Assembly: GCF_009914755.1 (NCBI RefSeq)
Contig: NC_060928.1
DNA: 64,000 nt
Direction: 5' to 3' (one strand)
From: the human T2T-CHM13v2.0 reference genome, Homo sapiens
The notes under the pieces were generated by a model. The model ran no database searches, was not told the DNA's origin, and worked only from the letters and a program-made list of their open reading frames with translations. The translations under genes were made by a program, and so were the position numbers. Positions 14,466-30,584 of this stretch are shown one piece after another. How positions within the stretch are numbered: position 1 is the stretch's first letter; each line of letters opens with the position of its first letter.

Positions 14466-15358
14466 TATTGCAGGATCTGGCCAGCAGCCCGCAATGCAAC
14501 GGGGCTCTCTGTTCCCAGGCGGATTGGCAGGTTGAGAAATAATAGACACACACAAGATAGTGAAAGCTGGGTCCAGGGGTGTCACCGCCTTCTGGTCCCA
14601 CGGTGCCAACAATGCACTGGATATACCAGCATTTATTATTAAGTTTAGTGAGGGCGGGGGTAGGTTAGTGAGAGATTTAGGGTCATTTGATTGTGAGATG
14701 AGATGGTCACATGGGGATGAAGTAATTCTTTAACATAACATTTGTATGTAGAAGTACAGTACATTTGTATGTAGAAGTACAGTGTACAGAGATAAGAATT
14801 TACAATATAGTGTGTGCGTCAATAATTTCTAACAGAATCTTAAAATAGAAACACAATCTTTCCATAACCTATGATTAGCAAGATATTAATCAACAGTAAC
14901 AGTTGCCACAAAAGCTGGTTACAAACAATCCATGGAAACAGGAGGTGAAGCTAGACAACCAGTTAGACCAGAAATTCTCAGAAGGGAGTATGCCTTAACC
15001 CTAAAGAGGCCTAGAAGAGCTGTGGCAAGATGAGGGCATTTATAGCCCTATCTTATCCATATGGACAGGCGCCCCCCATGTGTCCGTTTATAGGCTTTCC
15101 ACAAGGGTCGCATTCCATTCCCAGAGCTATGAACATCTGCTTTTCTGGGATAGGAATGTTGGTGATGTGCAACCTCCCTGACTGCACGTCCGTTCATAGG
15201 CTGTCTGCAGGGGGAAGCACATCATGCGCTGTTGGCTCGTTCTGGCAGCCCAACCTGGCATTGTCTTTACACAATCCTGCATGCAATTTTGTATTTACAA
15301 TAATCAGGAGCATTTCATCTTTTATTCCGTAGCAATAGTTTCAGGGGGTCTCCCTACA
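14466..15358 (-). mobile_element. ERVK-class solo LTR (probably LTR13A-like), antisense in the last FAM47E intron
   Basis: Minus strand begins TGTAGGGAGACCCCCTGAAACTATTGC; about 0.9 kb; 6-bp TSD actggc/tctggc, typical of betaretroviral integration; subfamily from recall. Confidence 0.75.
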
Positions 15359-16077
15359 TCTGGCTGTCCTCTTTTCAGTCACATTGACTAGAGAAATGAT
15401 GCCCCTGGTCACAACAGAGTCCTCTGAGAACACCTGTCACTCAAAACCCTACAATATTTTGTCCCTTTATTCTTACATCCTATATTCTTATTTTATCAAT
15501 AAGATTTCAACTGAAGGAGAGAAGGGGCTCTATCACAGGGAATAAGATATATATGCATATACACACACACAGTATATAAATATATGTGTGTGTATGTGTG
15601 TGTGTGTATACACAGTTATTATTTACTTAAATCTATATGTGAACATTCATTCTTTTTTTTAACCTCCTGTGTACATTCACATATGTTATGTGAACATATG
15701 CACTTACCTACACATTCCAGTATCTGCTGCTGGATTAACTACTTGATGCATCACCCACAGCCTCATTCCCTCTGCTGCACGGATGGATCCCAAGCCTTAG
15801 TAGCAGGGATGGGCAGCACAAGGCTATGTTGAGCTGGGCTGGGCCAGACTTGGGCACAGAACAAGTGTGAATTCCATCTGAGTGTTTCTGATACTGTGTG
15901 ACTACCTTCCAAAGACCAACATCTATCATGGTCAGATTATTAACGTGATTTTGCATAGTGTAAGGATATATATTAGAGTGTGAAATTTTGAGTTAGATAT
16001 GGTAGTGGTTGTGGGGAGGACTGTACTGTGCAAGTTTTGTTTGCCAATCTAATGAAGGTTCTCTCATTTTTTTTTAG

Positions 16078-16155
16078 TTCCTTGAGAATATGTATATCGG
16101 GAAGGAATGTAAACGTGCATGTAATAAGACTCCTATAAAACGAACTCAAGCATAG
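16078..16155 (+). CDS. FAM47E: FAM47E terminal coding exon (FLENMYIGKECKRACNKTPIKRTQA*)
   Basis: Polypyrimidine tract and tttttag ending 16077; TAG stop at 16153-16155. Confidence 0.95.
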   Translation, partial: FLENMYIGKECKRACNKTPIKRTQA

Positions 16156-16452
16156 AAGAATCGTAGGAGAATGATTAGGCAGATTTTATTACTACGTACT
16201 TGGCTATTTCTCTGTCTCCTTTTAAAGATTAAACAGAGTTTATGATGAGTGTCCCACTGTGGATGTTCAACTTTGACTTGGCAACATCTGTAAATGTAAT
16301 ACCTGATGGTTATAAGCATTTCTCAATGGATTTCTGCTTCAGTTAATCAACATTTTGTATACTTTATCACCCATGAGATCAATATTCACATGTAATCTTC
16401 TCATATTTTTGTGGCACGTGAATATTATATAGGTATATCAACTATTGGTAAA

Positions 16453-16474
16453 AATAAATAAAGGCATAAATAAA
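16453..16474 (+). terminator. FAM47E: FAM47E polyadenylation signal cluster
   Basis: AATAAA at 16453, 16457 and 16469, about 300 nt after the stop, followed by U-rich downstream sequence. Confidence 0.8.
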
Positions 16475-16621
16475 AACAGACTTACTCTATTGCCTTTTTC
16501 CCAGGTTTTTCCCCTGGTATTGAATGAGTACCTCCTTTCCTCTTCCTTTACAATATTATTTTCTTTCATTTTGAATTAAATTTACTGAGATATTTTTTCC
16601 TTTTGTCCGCATTGCCATGGG

Positions 16622-17039
16622 TGGATATGGTCTGTTTGGCCCCGCTAAATCTTATGTTGCAGCTTGATCCCCAGTGTTGGACATGGGGGCTGGTTTGAGA
16701 TGTTTGAGTCATGGGGGTGGATCCCTCGTGAATGGCTTGGTGCCATTCTCACAGGAGTGAGTGAATTCTCACTCTTAGTTCCTGTGAGAACTGGTTATTG
16801 TAAAGAGCCTGGCTCCTCCTCCTCTCTCTTGCTTGTTCTCTCACCATGTGATGTCTGCACATACTAGCTCCCCTTTGCCTTTTGCCACGAGTGGAAGAAT
16901 CCTGAAGCCCTCACCAGAAGCAGATGCTGGCACCATGCTTCTTGTACACCCTGTAGAGCTATGAGCCAAATAAATTTCTTTTCTTAAAAATTACCCAGCC
17001 TCAGGTATTCCTTTGTAGCAACACAAATGGACTAAGACA
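16622..17039 (+). mobile_element. MST-family MaLR solo LTR
   Basis: gatatggtctgtttggcccc..gaagcagatgctggcaccatgcttc..gagccaaataaatttcttttc..aaatggactaagaca. Confidence 0.8.
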
Positions 17040-17172
17040 GGCATGTTAGTGTTGATAATAAATGTGTATCTATAACATAAGGTCATAGGTCAGAAGGTTT
17101 AATGGAAACTCAAGATGACATGTATTTTAATTACCTTTTAAAAATTATATTTTATTTTAAAATGTTAATACT

Positions 17173-17328
17173 GTCTGGGTGTGACCACTCACTCCTATAA
17201 TCCCAGTGCTTTGGGAGGTCAAGTCAGGAGGATGGCTTGAATCCAGTAGTTCAAGGCTGCAGTGAGCTATAATCATGCCAGTGCCCTTTTGCCTAGGTGA
17301 CAGAGTGAGATCCTGTCTCTAAAAAAAA
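17173..17328 (+). mobile_element. Alu monomer (FRAM/FAM-like)
   Basis: Single Alu arm ending gagtgagatcctgtctctaaaaaaaa. Confidence 0.7.
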
Positions 17329-17543
17329 GTTAATGCTCATATTAGGAAAATCAGAAAACATAGACTAGCAAAAAGAACATAGAAAATACTAATTCTTCCT
17401 ATAGAGTTAGCAGTAACTGCTCTTTGCTCATTGGAATGTATCCTAGATTTTTTTCTATGAAACATATAGGGAATAATTTAATCAAAAAAGGATTTATTGA
17501 AAGGAAATTATTTATTAAAAACATATTCTGTCCACAGAGTATC

Positions 17544-20500
17544 TTTTTTTTTAACTTTTACTTTAAGTTCCGGGATACATGTGCAGAATGTTCAGGTTTG
17601 TTACATTAGGTATACATGTGTCATGGTGGTTTGCTGCACCTATCAACCTGTCATCTAGGTTTTAAGCCCTGCATGCATTAGGTATTTGTCCTAATGCCCT
17701 CCCTCCCCTTGCCCTCCACCCTCTGGCTGGCCCCTGTGTATGATGTTCCCCTCCCTGTGTCCATGTGTTCTCATTATTCAACTCCCACTCATGAGTGAGA
17801 ACATGTGGTGGTTGGTTTTCTGTTCCTGTGTTAGTTTGCTGAGGACGATGGTTTCCAGCTTCATCCATGTCCCTGCAAAGGATGTGAACTCATTCTTTTT
17901 TATGCTGCATAGTATATGTGCCACATTTTCTTTAATCCAGTCTATCATTGATGGGCATTTGGGTTGGTTCCAAGTCTTTGCTATTGTAAATAGTGTTTCA
18001 ACAAACATACATGTGCTAGAATGATTTATAATCCTTTGGGTGTATACCCAGTAATAGGATTGCTGGGTCAAATGGTACTTCTGGTTCTAGATCCTTGAGG
18101 AATCACCACACTGTCTTCCACAATGGTTGAACTAATTTACACTCCCATCAACAGTGTAAAAGCATTCCTATTTCTCCACATCCTCTCCAGCATCTGTTGT
18201 TTCCAGACTTTTTAATGATCGCCATTTTAACTGGCATGAGATGGTATCTCATTGTGGTTTTGATTTGCATTTCTCTAATGACCAGTGATGATGAGCTTTT
18301 TTTCATATGTTTGTTGGCCACATAAATGTTTTCTTTTGAGAAGTGTCTGATCATATCCTATACCCACTTTTTGATGGGGTTGTTTGTGTTTTATTTTGTA
18401 AATTTGTTTAAGTTCCTTGTAGATTCTGGATATTAGGCTTTTGTCAGATGGATAGATTGCAAAAATTTTCTCCCATTCTGTAGGTTACCTGTTCATGCTG
18501 ATGATAGTTTCCTTTGCTGAGCAGAAGCTCTTTAGTTTAATTAGATCACATTTGTCAATTTTGGCTTTTGTTGCAATTGCTTTTGGTGTTTTAGTCATGA
18601 AGTCTTAGTCCATGCCTATGTCCTGAATGGTATTGCCTAGGTTTTCTTCTAGAGTTTTTATGGTTTTAGGTTTTATGTTTAAGTCTTTAATCCATCGTGA
18701 GTTAATTTTTATATAAGGTGTAAAGAAGAGGTCCAGTTTCTGTTTTCTGCATATGGCTAGCCCATTTTCCTAGCACCGTTTATTAAATAGGGAATCCTTT
18801 CCCCATTGCTTGTTTCTGTCAGGTTTGTCAAAGATCAGATGGTTGTAGATGTGTGATGTTATTTCTGAGGCCTCTGTCCTGTTCCATTGGTCTATCTGTC
18901 TTTTTGGTACCAGTACCATGCTGTTTTGTTTACTGTAGCCTTGAAGTATAGTTTGAAGTCAGGTAGCATGATCCCTCCAGCTTTGTTCTTTTTGCTTAAG
19001 ATTATCTTGGCTATATGGGCTCTTTTTTGGTTCCATATGAAATTTAAAGTAGCTTTTTCTAGTTCTATGAAGAAAGTCAATGATAGCTTGATGGGAATAG
19101 CATTGAATCTATAAATTGCTTTGGACAGTTATGGCCATTTTCACAATATTGATTCTTCCTCTCCATGAGCATGGAATGTTTTTCCATTTGTTTGTGTCCT
19201 CTCTTATTTCCTTGAGCAGTGGTTTGTAGTTCTCCTTGAAGAGGTCCTTCACGTCCCTTGTAAGCTGTATTCCTAGGTGTTTTATTCTCTTTGTAGCAAC
19301 TGTGAATGGGAGTTCACTCATGATTTGGCTCTCTGCTTGTCTATTATTTGTGTATAGGAATGCTTGTGATTTTTGCACATTGATTTTGTATCCTGAGACT
19401 TTGATGAAGTTGCTTATCAGCTTAAGGAGATTTTGGGGCTGAGGCGATGGGGTTTTCTAAATACACAATCATGTTGTCTGCAAACAGAGACAATTTGACT
19501 CCTCTCTTCCTAATTTAATATTTCTTTCTTTCTTTTGCCTGATTGCCCTGGCCAGAACTTCCAATACTATGTTGAATAGGAGTGGTGAGAGAGGATACCC
19601 TTGTCTTGTGCCAGTTTTCAAAGGGAATGCCTCCAGCTCTTGCCGATTCGGTATGATATTGGCTATGTGTTTGTCCTAAATAGCTCTTATTATTTTGTTC
19701 CATCAGTACCTAGTTTATTGAGAGTTTTTATCAGGAAGGGGTGTTGAATTTTATTGAGGGCCTTTTCTGCATCTATTAAGATAATCATATGGTTTTTGTC
19801 ATTTGTTCTGTTTATGTGGTGGATTATGTTTATTGATTCGTGCATATTGAACCAGCCTTGGATCTCAGGGATGAAGCCGACTTGACTGCAGTGGATAAGC
19901 TTTTTGATGTGCTGCTGGATTCGGATTGCCAGTATTTTACTAAGGATTTTTGCACTGATGGGCCTTTTTTGGTTGGTAGGCTGTTAATTACTGCCTCAAT
20001 TTCAGAACTTGTTATTGGTCTATTTAGGGATTCAACTTCTTCCTGGTTTAGTCTTGGGAGGGTGTATGTGTCCAGGTATTTATTCATTTCTTCTAGATTT
20101 TCTAGTTTGAGTAGAGTTGTTTATAGTATTATTTGATGGTAGATTGTATTTCTGTGGGATTAGTGGTGATATCCCCTTCATCATTTTTTATTGTGTCTAT
20201 TTAATTCTTCTCTCTTTTCTTCTTTATTAGTCTGGCTAACAGTCTATCTATTTTGCTAATCTTTTAAAAAAACCAGCTTCTGGATTGTTTGATTTTTTGA
20301 AGGGTTTTTCTTGTCTCTATCTCCTTCAGTTCTGCTCTGATCTTAGCTATTTCTTGTCTTCTGCTAGCTTTTGAATTTGTTTGGTCTTGCTTTTCTGGTT
20401 CTTTAAATTGTGATGTTAGTGTGTCGATTTTAGACCTTTCCTGCTTTCTGATGTGGGCATTTAGTGCTACAAATTTCCCCTGAACACTGCTTTAGCTGTG

Positions 20501-21141
20501 TCCTGGAGATTCTGGAACGTTGTATCTTTGTTCTCACTGGTTTCAAAGAACTTCGTTATTTCTGCCTTAATTTTGTCATTTACCAGTAGTCATTCAGGAG
20601 CAGGTTGTTCAGTTTCCATGTAGACATGCAGTTTTGAGTGAGTTTCTTAATCCTGAGTTCTAATTTGATTGCACTGTGGTCTGAGTGGATGTTTGTTATG
20701 ATTCTTCTCCTTTTGCATTTGCTGAGGAGTGTTTTACTTCCAATTATGTGGTCTATTTTAGAGTAAGTGCTATGTGGTGCTGAGATGAATGTACATTCTG
20801 TTGATTTGGGGTGGAGAGTTCTGTAGATAGGTCTGTTTAGTCCAGAGTTGAGTTCAAGTCCTGAATATCCTTGTTAATTTTCTATCTCGTTGATCTAATA
20901 TTGACAGTGAGGTGTTAAAGTCTCCCACTATTATTGTGTGGGAGTGTAAGTCTCTTTGTAGGTCTCTAAGAACTGTTTTTATGAATCTGGGTGTTCCTGT
21001 ATTGGGTGCATATGTATTTAGGATAATTAGCTCTTCTTGTTGCATTGATCCCTTTACCATTATGTAATGCCCTTCTTTGTCTTTTTTGATCTTTGTTGGT
21101 TTAAAGTCTGTTTTATCAGAAACTAGGATTGCAACCCCTGC

Positions 21142-21173
<32 letters not shown>

Positions 21174-23772
21174 TTCTATTTGCTTGGTTAATATTCCCCC
21201 ATCCCTTTATTTTCAGCTTATATGTATCTTTGCATGTGAGATGGGTCTCCTGAATATAGCACACTGATTGGTCTTGACTGTATCCAATTTGCCAGTCGTG
21301 TCTTTTATTTGGGGCATTTAGCCCATTTACATTTAAGGTTAATATTGTTATGTGTGAATTTGATCCTGTCATCATGATGTTAGCTGGTTATTTTGCACAT
21401 TAGTTGACGCAGTTTCTTCATAGTATCACTGATCTTTATATTTTGGTGTGTTTTTGCAGTGGCTGGTAGCAGTTTTTCCTTTCCATGTTTAGTGCTTCCT
21501 TCTGGAGCTCTTGTAAGGCAGGCCTGGTGGTGACAAAATCCCTCAGCATTTGCTTGTCTGTAAAGGATTTTATTTCTCCTTCACTTAATGAAACTTAGTT
21601 TGGCTGGATATGAAATTCTAGGTTGAAAATTCTTTTGTTTAAGAATGTTGAATATTGGCCCCCACTCTCTTCTGGCTTGTAGGGTTTCTGCAGACACTGT
21701 TAGTCTGATGGGCTTCCCTTTGTAGGTAACCTGACCTTTCTCTCTGGCTGCCCTTAACCTTTTTTCCTTTGTTTCAACCTTGGTGAATCTGACGATTATG
21801 TGTCTTGGGGTTGCTCTTCTCGAGAGTATCTTAGTGGTGTTCTCTGTATTTCCTGAATTTGAATGTTGGCCTGTCTTGCTAGGTTGGGGAAGTTCTCCTG
21901 GATAATATTCTGAAGTGTATTTTCCAACTTGATTCCTTTCTCCCCATCACTTTCAGGGACCCCAGTCAATCATAGGTTTGGTCTTTTCACATAGTCCCAT
22001 ATTTTGTGGAAGCTTTGCTCATTCCTTTGCATTCTTTTTTCTCTAATCTTGTCTTCATGCTTTATTTCATTAAGCTGGTCTTCAATCTCTGATATCCTTT
22101 CTTCTGCTTGATCGATTCGGCTATTGATACTTGTGTATGCTTCACGAAGTTCTCATGCTGTGTTTCTCAGCTCCATCAGGTCATTTATGTTCTTCTCTAA
22201 ACTTGTTATTCTAGTTAGCAGTTCCTGTAACCTTATGTCAAGGTTCTTAACTTCCTTGCATTGGGATAGAACATGCTCCTTTAGCTCAGGGGCGTTTGTC
22301 ATTAGCTACTTTCTGAAGCCTACTTCTGTCAATTCGTCAACCTCATTCTCTGTCCAGTTTTGTGCACTTGCTGGAGAGGAGTTGCGATCATTTGGAGAAG
22401 AAGAGGCATTCTGGTTTTTGGAATTTTCAGCCTTTTTGCACTGTTTTTTCCTTATCTTCATGGATTTATCTATGTTTGACCTTTGAGGCTGATGACCTTT
22501 GAATGAGGTTTCTTGTGTGGGTGTCCTTTTTGTTGATGTTGGTGTTACTGCTTTCTGTTTGTTAGTTTTTCTTCTAACAGTCAGGTCCCTCTGCTGCAGG
22601 TCTGCTGGAGTTTGCTGGAGGTCCACTCCAGACCCTATTTGCCTGGGTATCACCAGTGGAGACTGCAGAACAGCAAAGATTGCTGCCTGCTCCTTCTTCT
22701 GGAAGCTTCATCCTGGAGGGGCCCCAGCCTGATGCCAGCCAGAGCTCTCCTGTATGAGGTGCCTGTTAACCCTCGTTGGGAATTTTCTCCCAGTCATGAG
22801 GCACAGGGATCAGGGACCCACTTGAGGAGGCAGTCTGTCCCTTAGCAGAGCTTGAGTGCCGTGCTGGGAGAATCCTCCTTGTCAGGATCCACTGCTGTCT
22901 TCATAGCAGGCAGGCAGGCAGGAACATTTAAGTCCGCTGAAGCTCGCCCACAGCTGCCCCTTCCCCCAGGTGCTCTGTCCCAGGGAGATGGGAGTTTTAT
23001 TTATAAGCCCCTGACTGGGGCTGCTGTCTTTCTTTCAGAGATGCCCTGCCCAGTGAAGAGGAATCTAGTGAGGGAGTCTGGCCACAGTCACTTTGCTTTG
23101 CTTTGTTTGGTTCTACCCAGTCCTTAGCATGGTCAGGGGAAAAGCCACCTACTCAAGCCTCAGTAATGGTGGACGCCCCTACCCCCACCAAGCTTGAGTG
23201 TCCCAGGTTGACTTCAGACTGCTGTGCTGGCAGCAAGAATTTTAAGCCAGTGGTTCTTAGCTTGCTGGGCTCCATAGGAGTGGGACCTGCTGAGCGAGAC
23301 CACTTGGCTCCCTGGCTTCAGTCCTCTTTCCAGGAGAGTGAACAGTTCTGCCTCACTGGGGTTCCAGGTGCCACTGGGGTAAGAAAAAAAAAGTCCTGCA
23401 GCTAGCTTGGTGTCTGCCCAAACAGCCAGCCAGTTTTGTGCTTGAAACCCAGGGTCCAGGTGTTGTAGGCACACAAGGGAATCCCCTGGTCTGCAGATTA
23501 CAAAAACTGTGGGAGAAGCGTAGTATCTGGGCCAGATAGCACAGTCCCTCATGGCTTCCCTTGGCTTGGGGAGGGAGGTCTCCAACCCCTTGCACTTCCC
23601 GGGTGAGGCAAGGCCTCACCCTACTTCTGCTCACCCTCCATGGGCCACACCCACTGCCTAACTAGTCCCAATGACACGAACAGGGTACCTCAGTTGGAAA
23701 TGCAGAAATCACCCGCCTTCTGCGTTGTTCTTGCTGGTAGCTGCAGATAGGAGCTGTTCCTATTCATCTTCC
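17544..23772 (-). mobile_element. Near full-length degenerate L1PA (L1PA7/8-like)
   Basis: 3' poly(A) at 17544; ORF2 fragments (EN MTGSNSHITILTLNVNGLN at about 21375, RT and C-terminal pieces); ORF1 and 5' UTR to about 23772; 16-bp TSD tccacagagtatcttt (17531) / tccacagaatatcttt (23797); many stops and frameshifts. Confidence 0.93.
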
Positions 23773-24299
23773 GAGATCCTCTGCTTTTCATCTTGATCCA
23801 CAGAATATCTTTATGGACAGAGGCTCGGATTTGAGTCTGCCCTCCCAGGAACAATACCCGAATTCATGCCTCAAAACTGAGCTGGTGAACACATCTCTAT
23901 TGATGCCCTTGGCGTAGACATGGCAACCAGCACAGAAGTCACCATCATCGGATGCTGGAGTTACCCCCAGGGCCACCTCCACTGCTGTCTTTGAACATAG
24001 ATGCAACACCAGTGCCAGCACCTTACCCAGCAGCAGCATCCATGCCCAGTGTGGGTTCTGCCTACTCATCTCAGGGTCTCTGATGAGGCACTTGACTGGC
24101 GGAGCCAGATCCATGCCTATGAGTGAAGTAGGCAAAGAAAAGTAGTATATGGCATTTCTAGCTCCTACAGTGTAAGGGGACTCTGCCCCCATAGGTCAGG
24201 GGGTTCAGGTGCCTCTTAGAATATGGAGTTCAGATGACTAGCCTCTTGAATGCCCAATATCAATATCTACTTTTTTCATAAAGAAAAAAGCATAAGAAA

Positions 24300-26260
24300 C
24301 AAACAAACAAAAAAACCTTTTTTCTAATTAATACAACCATCCCTCCTGCAGAAGAGGACACAATCATGTTCTCAAAAGTGATGAGTTCAAAGTTGTATCC
24401 ATTACTGCATTTGCCTTCAAATACAAAATCCCTGGGGGCTGGCATTTCATCCTCTGGGTCTGTGATGACCTCATCTCAGTAATCTGTATGCTGAACTGAC
24501 TACATAGTAAATTTGATCACCAATAACACACCCTTTGTGGAGAAAGAGACAAGAGGAAGAAACTTAAAAAAATGGCATATACATGACATGGAAGAAAATG
24601 CAGATAGATGCAACAGTGTTCATTTCTACAACTGGTCAAGAGGCCATAGTTCCTATATATAATTTCCCTTCTCCACTTCCCATTTCACATTCTTTTCACC
24701 TTTGGCTAGTCCCTTAACTGTTACAAAATATTTAAGAGAGTGACCTAAACCTTTATTCACAAAGCGCCTGAGTCTTGCTGGTCCTGACCAGCCAGGACAT
24801 TTTTATTAGTAGACATGACAACACTAGGTAGAACTCCAAGGGGTCCTTTGATTTCCATGACTCTACTGTCAATCAGTTTTCACTTGCTGTTGATGATTCA
24901 TATAGTTCTCTCCTTTTCTTGTTCTTCAGGGATCATGAAGAGTCCATACAATGACCAGGTGGCAGTCTCAGATTCTAATTCAATGGAACTATTATTTTTT
25001 TTCTACTGATAGACACCTTGTCTCAAGCTTTTAAATCACCAGAGCCCAGTTCATGGGGCTAAGAAGTAACAGTTTTGCAAGTGGTTCTGAAGGAGGTGCT
25101 CCTCCTGATGCTACACCCATGTATGCTGAATATGGGAAAAACAGCATATATTGGTTGCTGGTGCAGAATAAATAATGAATGTTGGTGTGGGCAGAAATTT
25201 GTTAGGCAGGGTCAGCAAATCCCAATCCAGAATAAGTTACTATTCCAGTAAAGATAAATTACTGCCCCTTTCATGATAATGGAAGAGGTCTGGGACATTC
25301 TTTGAACCCACTCATTCAACGACCATTATGACCTCCTTCTAGCTTGCCTTCCTACTGTAGAGGCTGGAAAACTAATGGCTGCATTTCCCAAACTCTCTTA
25401 ATGTTTCAACTCATTAAAGTGCCCACATGTTTGGAAGTCCAAGGGAGCACCAAGGGGAGAGCTGATCCTCTGCAAGCCAGTCTGGCTTTCAGGTGCTGAG
25501 CAGCAGAGGCTACGGGAAGTGGTAGTCTGGAGGGAATCCACTTCTTTCCCCAGGCACATTGTTCCTGGCTTTGTTCCATTCAAACCTAATTCACATCAGG
25601 GACTTTAGTTTTATTTCCTGGACAAATAAATATTTAACAGAAGCAGTGGCCAGATCAGGTTTGATGAGGGAAATCCAAGTTGCTAAACCCCCGTGTAGCC
25701 TGTGATTCTGCTACTATGCCTACTTCGCTCATTGGGCAACACTGGAGTGCCTGCAGAAAGGAGAGAGTTGGCATGCAGGAGCCAGGTCAACCTCTTCTCT
25801 TGACTATTGAGCACTTCCTCTCCAGTGGGGGCCTTTGGGTGGCATTCACAAAGAACCAAATATCCTCATACTCTGGATTCATTCTCAGAGATCCCATAGA
25901 TACCTCTTCCTCTGAACATCTTTGTCACCAGACTTGCATTCTTGATCCTTCCATGTCTTGGCTGCTGAGCTACACCGTCAGCTAATGACCATTAACTGGT
26001 GATATCTGTGCCTCATACCATTTCTCCTTTCAGACAAAGTGGTCAGCAAGATAAAATGCTTAAAATTCTGCCTTCTGGAAGATTCCTCTTTGTTGATCTT
26101 CAGGGTCACCCTCAAGTTGGCCTATAATGTTGCTGTAGTCTACTTGTGGCTGGTGCTGTCATATTGTGCTGGTTGCTGTCTAGTCAGTTGGACTTAGAGA
26201 ACATACCATGAAGTCAGAGGTGTAGGCTGAGGAAAAAATGGTAATGTGGTAGGAGTGGGA
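24300..26260 (-). mobile_element. ERV-L-class internal relic (pol RNase H/integrase plus dUTPase remnants)
   Basis: Minus-strand translation near 24930-24990 gives PLN*NLRLPPGH (ERV-L dUTPase-like); near 25800-25960 gives TWKDQECKSGDKDVQRKRYLWDL (ERV-L RNase H-like); boundaries approximate. Confidence 0.6.
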
Positions 26261-28069
26261 ACACCATGCAATTTGTTGTGTCTTCAATTTCTGCTCAAGC
26301 CCAATCTTATGTAGGAAACTTTCACTTGATCATAAGAAGCAATACAATTTGGTAATTTAATATGTGTACTTTGAAGCCAGGGGGCCTGTGTTCTAACCAA
26401 GTCCTGCCACTTATTAGATATATGACTATGGTCAAATTGCTTTTATCCTCTCTCTGCTTCAATTTTCTCATCTAAAATAGGGATGATTACAATAACAGTA
26501 CTATTTCCCAGAAATGTGGTGAGGATTAAAGGAAATGTTGCAAGTAAAGTACTTAGAGCAGAGCTTGGCACACTGTGCACACACACTAAATGTTAGCTGA
26601 CTTTATGGCGTGGTGAATCAGATAGTCCCCAGCTTATGATGAGTGCTAGCCATGAGATTAGGCTGCTGTATTTACCAGTGCTCAGCAACAAGCCAAAATC
26701 TGTTTCTCAAAAGGAGAAAAGTTACATGCCACAGAATCCGTGGCTTGGCTGCAAAACTCTCAGAGCCTGTGCTGGATGTTCCAAAGCTCCATTCAGCAGC
26801 CCTGTCTGCCACAGGCATTTCAATAACATTGGATCCACTGGATCAGAAGACAGAGCTTCCTGGACCAGTGAGAAAGCATACTCTTGCTTCAGGCTGCACT
26901 CAAAATTGGCAACCTCTCAGATTATTAAAAAAACTAGCTGAAACAGCATGTCTAAATCTGGTCTCCAAAATTCAAAGACACACCATTATAGAGTATTTCC
27001 AACACCCAGTTATAATACATATAAATAATCTGAGCAGCATAGATAATAATAAAAAGCTGTCAACTAGGAAGTGATGAGTTTGTAATTATCTTTGTTTTTC
27101 ACATCATTTATTTAACTGTAAGTATATATAATTTGTTTTAATAATGGTTGTGTTTAGCAATCAGCTCACTAAATTCTTGAAAATTTGTCAGTTGACCTTT
27201 GTGAGTTGGTACAACCTGTCTCTAGCACCTTATTGACTATAGAATTCAAGGCAATGAGGGATGTTAGGAGCAAAGAATGAAGAGAATTGTTTTCCCCTAC
27301 CTCCAGTAAGGTTACTCCCACAAAGAATAACATTACAGAGTCTTCATGAAAGATGGAAAAAGCCTCATCATGAAGGGAGATTTTCTCTGACGAGGAAGGC
27401 TGCATTAATTCAGGTGTGCCAAGAAGCAATGGCAAGATGGGAATAGATGTTCTTGAGCTTTACTGAAGGAAGGAATGGGAAAAGATAGAGAGAGCTTTAG
27501 ACTGTGATGCCTGTCTGATATCTGTGGAAGGAATAAGGGAAGGAAAGAAGATTGGTGTAAGAAGAATCTTGGACTGTAGCACAATTCAAATAAAGGTTTC
27601 GCCAGTCCAGCAGGAAGTCCTCAAGTTGAAGTTGCCTAGAGGAGGAGTTTCACTTCTTGCCAGAATGGGACTACCTTGGTGCTTCTGGCATGCTCAGTCA
27701 TTGGTTAGGGGTAGCCCATGAGAAGCATGGCCTCAGTGTGAGGGTGGAGGATCCAGGGAGGCAGCAATTTGGTCCACCAGCCAATGATGCTCTCTGCAGC
27801 AGATGATCTGAGTAGCATATTTTCATAGGGTTGGGAGTTTAGGGTACTTGGAGCCCACCGTATCTTCCCATATGTTCCCATTTCAGGATTCAGGGTCTCA
27901 CTTTTTCCAAACAATGTTCTAGCTTCACATAAGGTATCCTAAAAACCTGTGAATTCAAATGATGTCTTAACTTAGCAAACTAAACAGTCAATTATCTCTC
28001 TCTCTCCCAGTTCAACAGTTTCAAGACATATTTCTTTAGAAAATTCCAAAGAGCCCCTGATTTGGGGAT

Positions 28070-30582
<2,513 letters not shown>

Positions 30583-30584
30583 TG

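Noticed and set aside
20854-21375. 173-aa endonuclease-like ORF with poly-Lys
   Set aside because: L1 ORF2 APE domain remnant; the poly-K comes from a homopolymer expansion.
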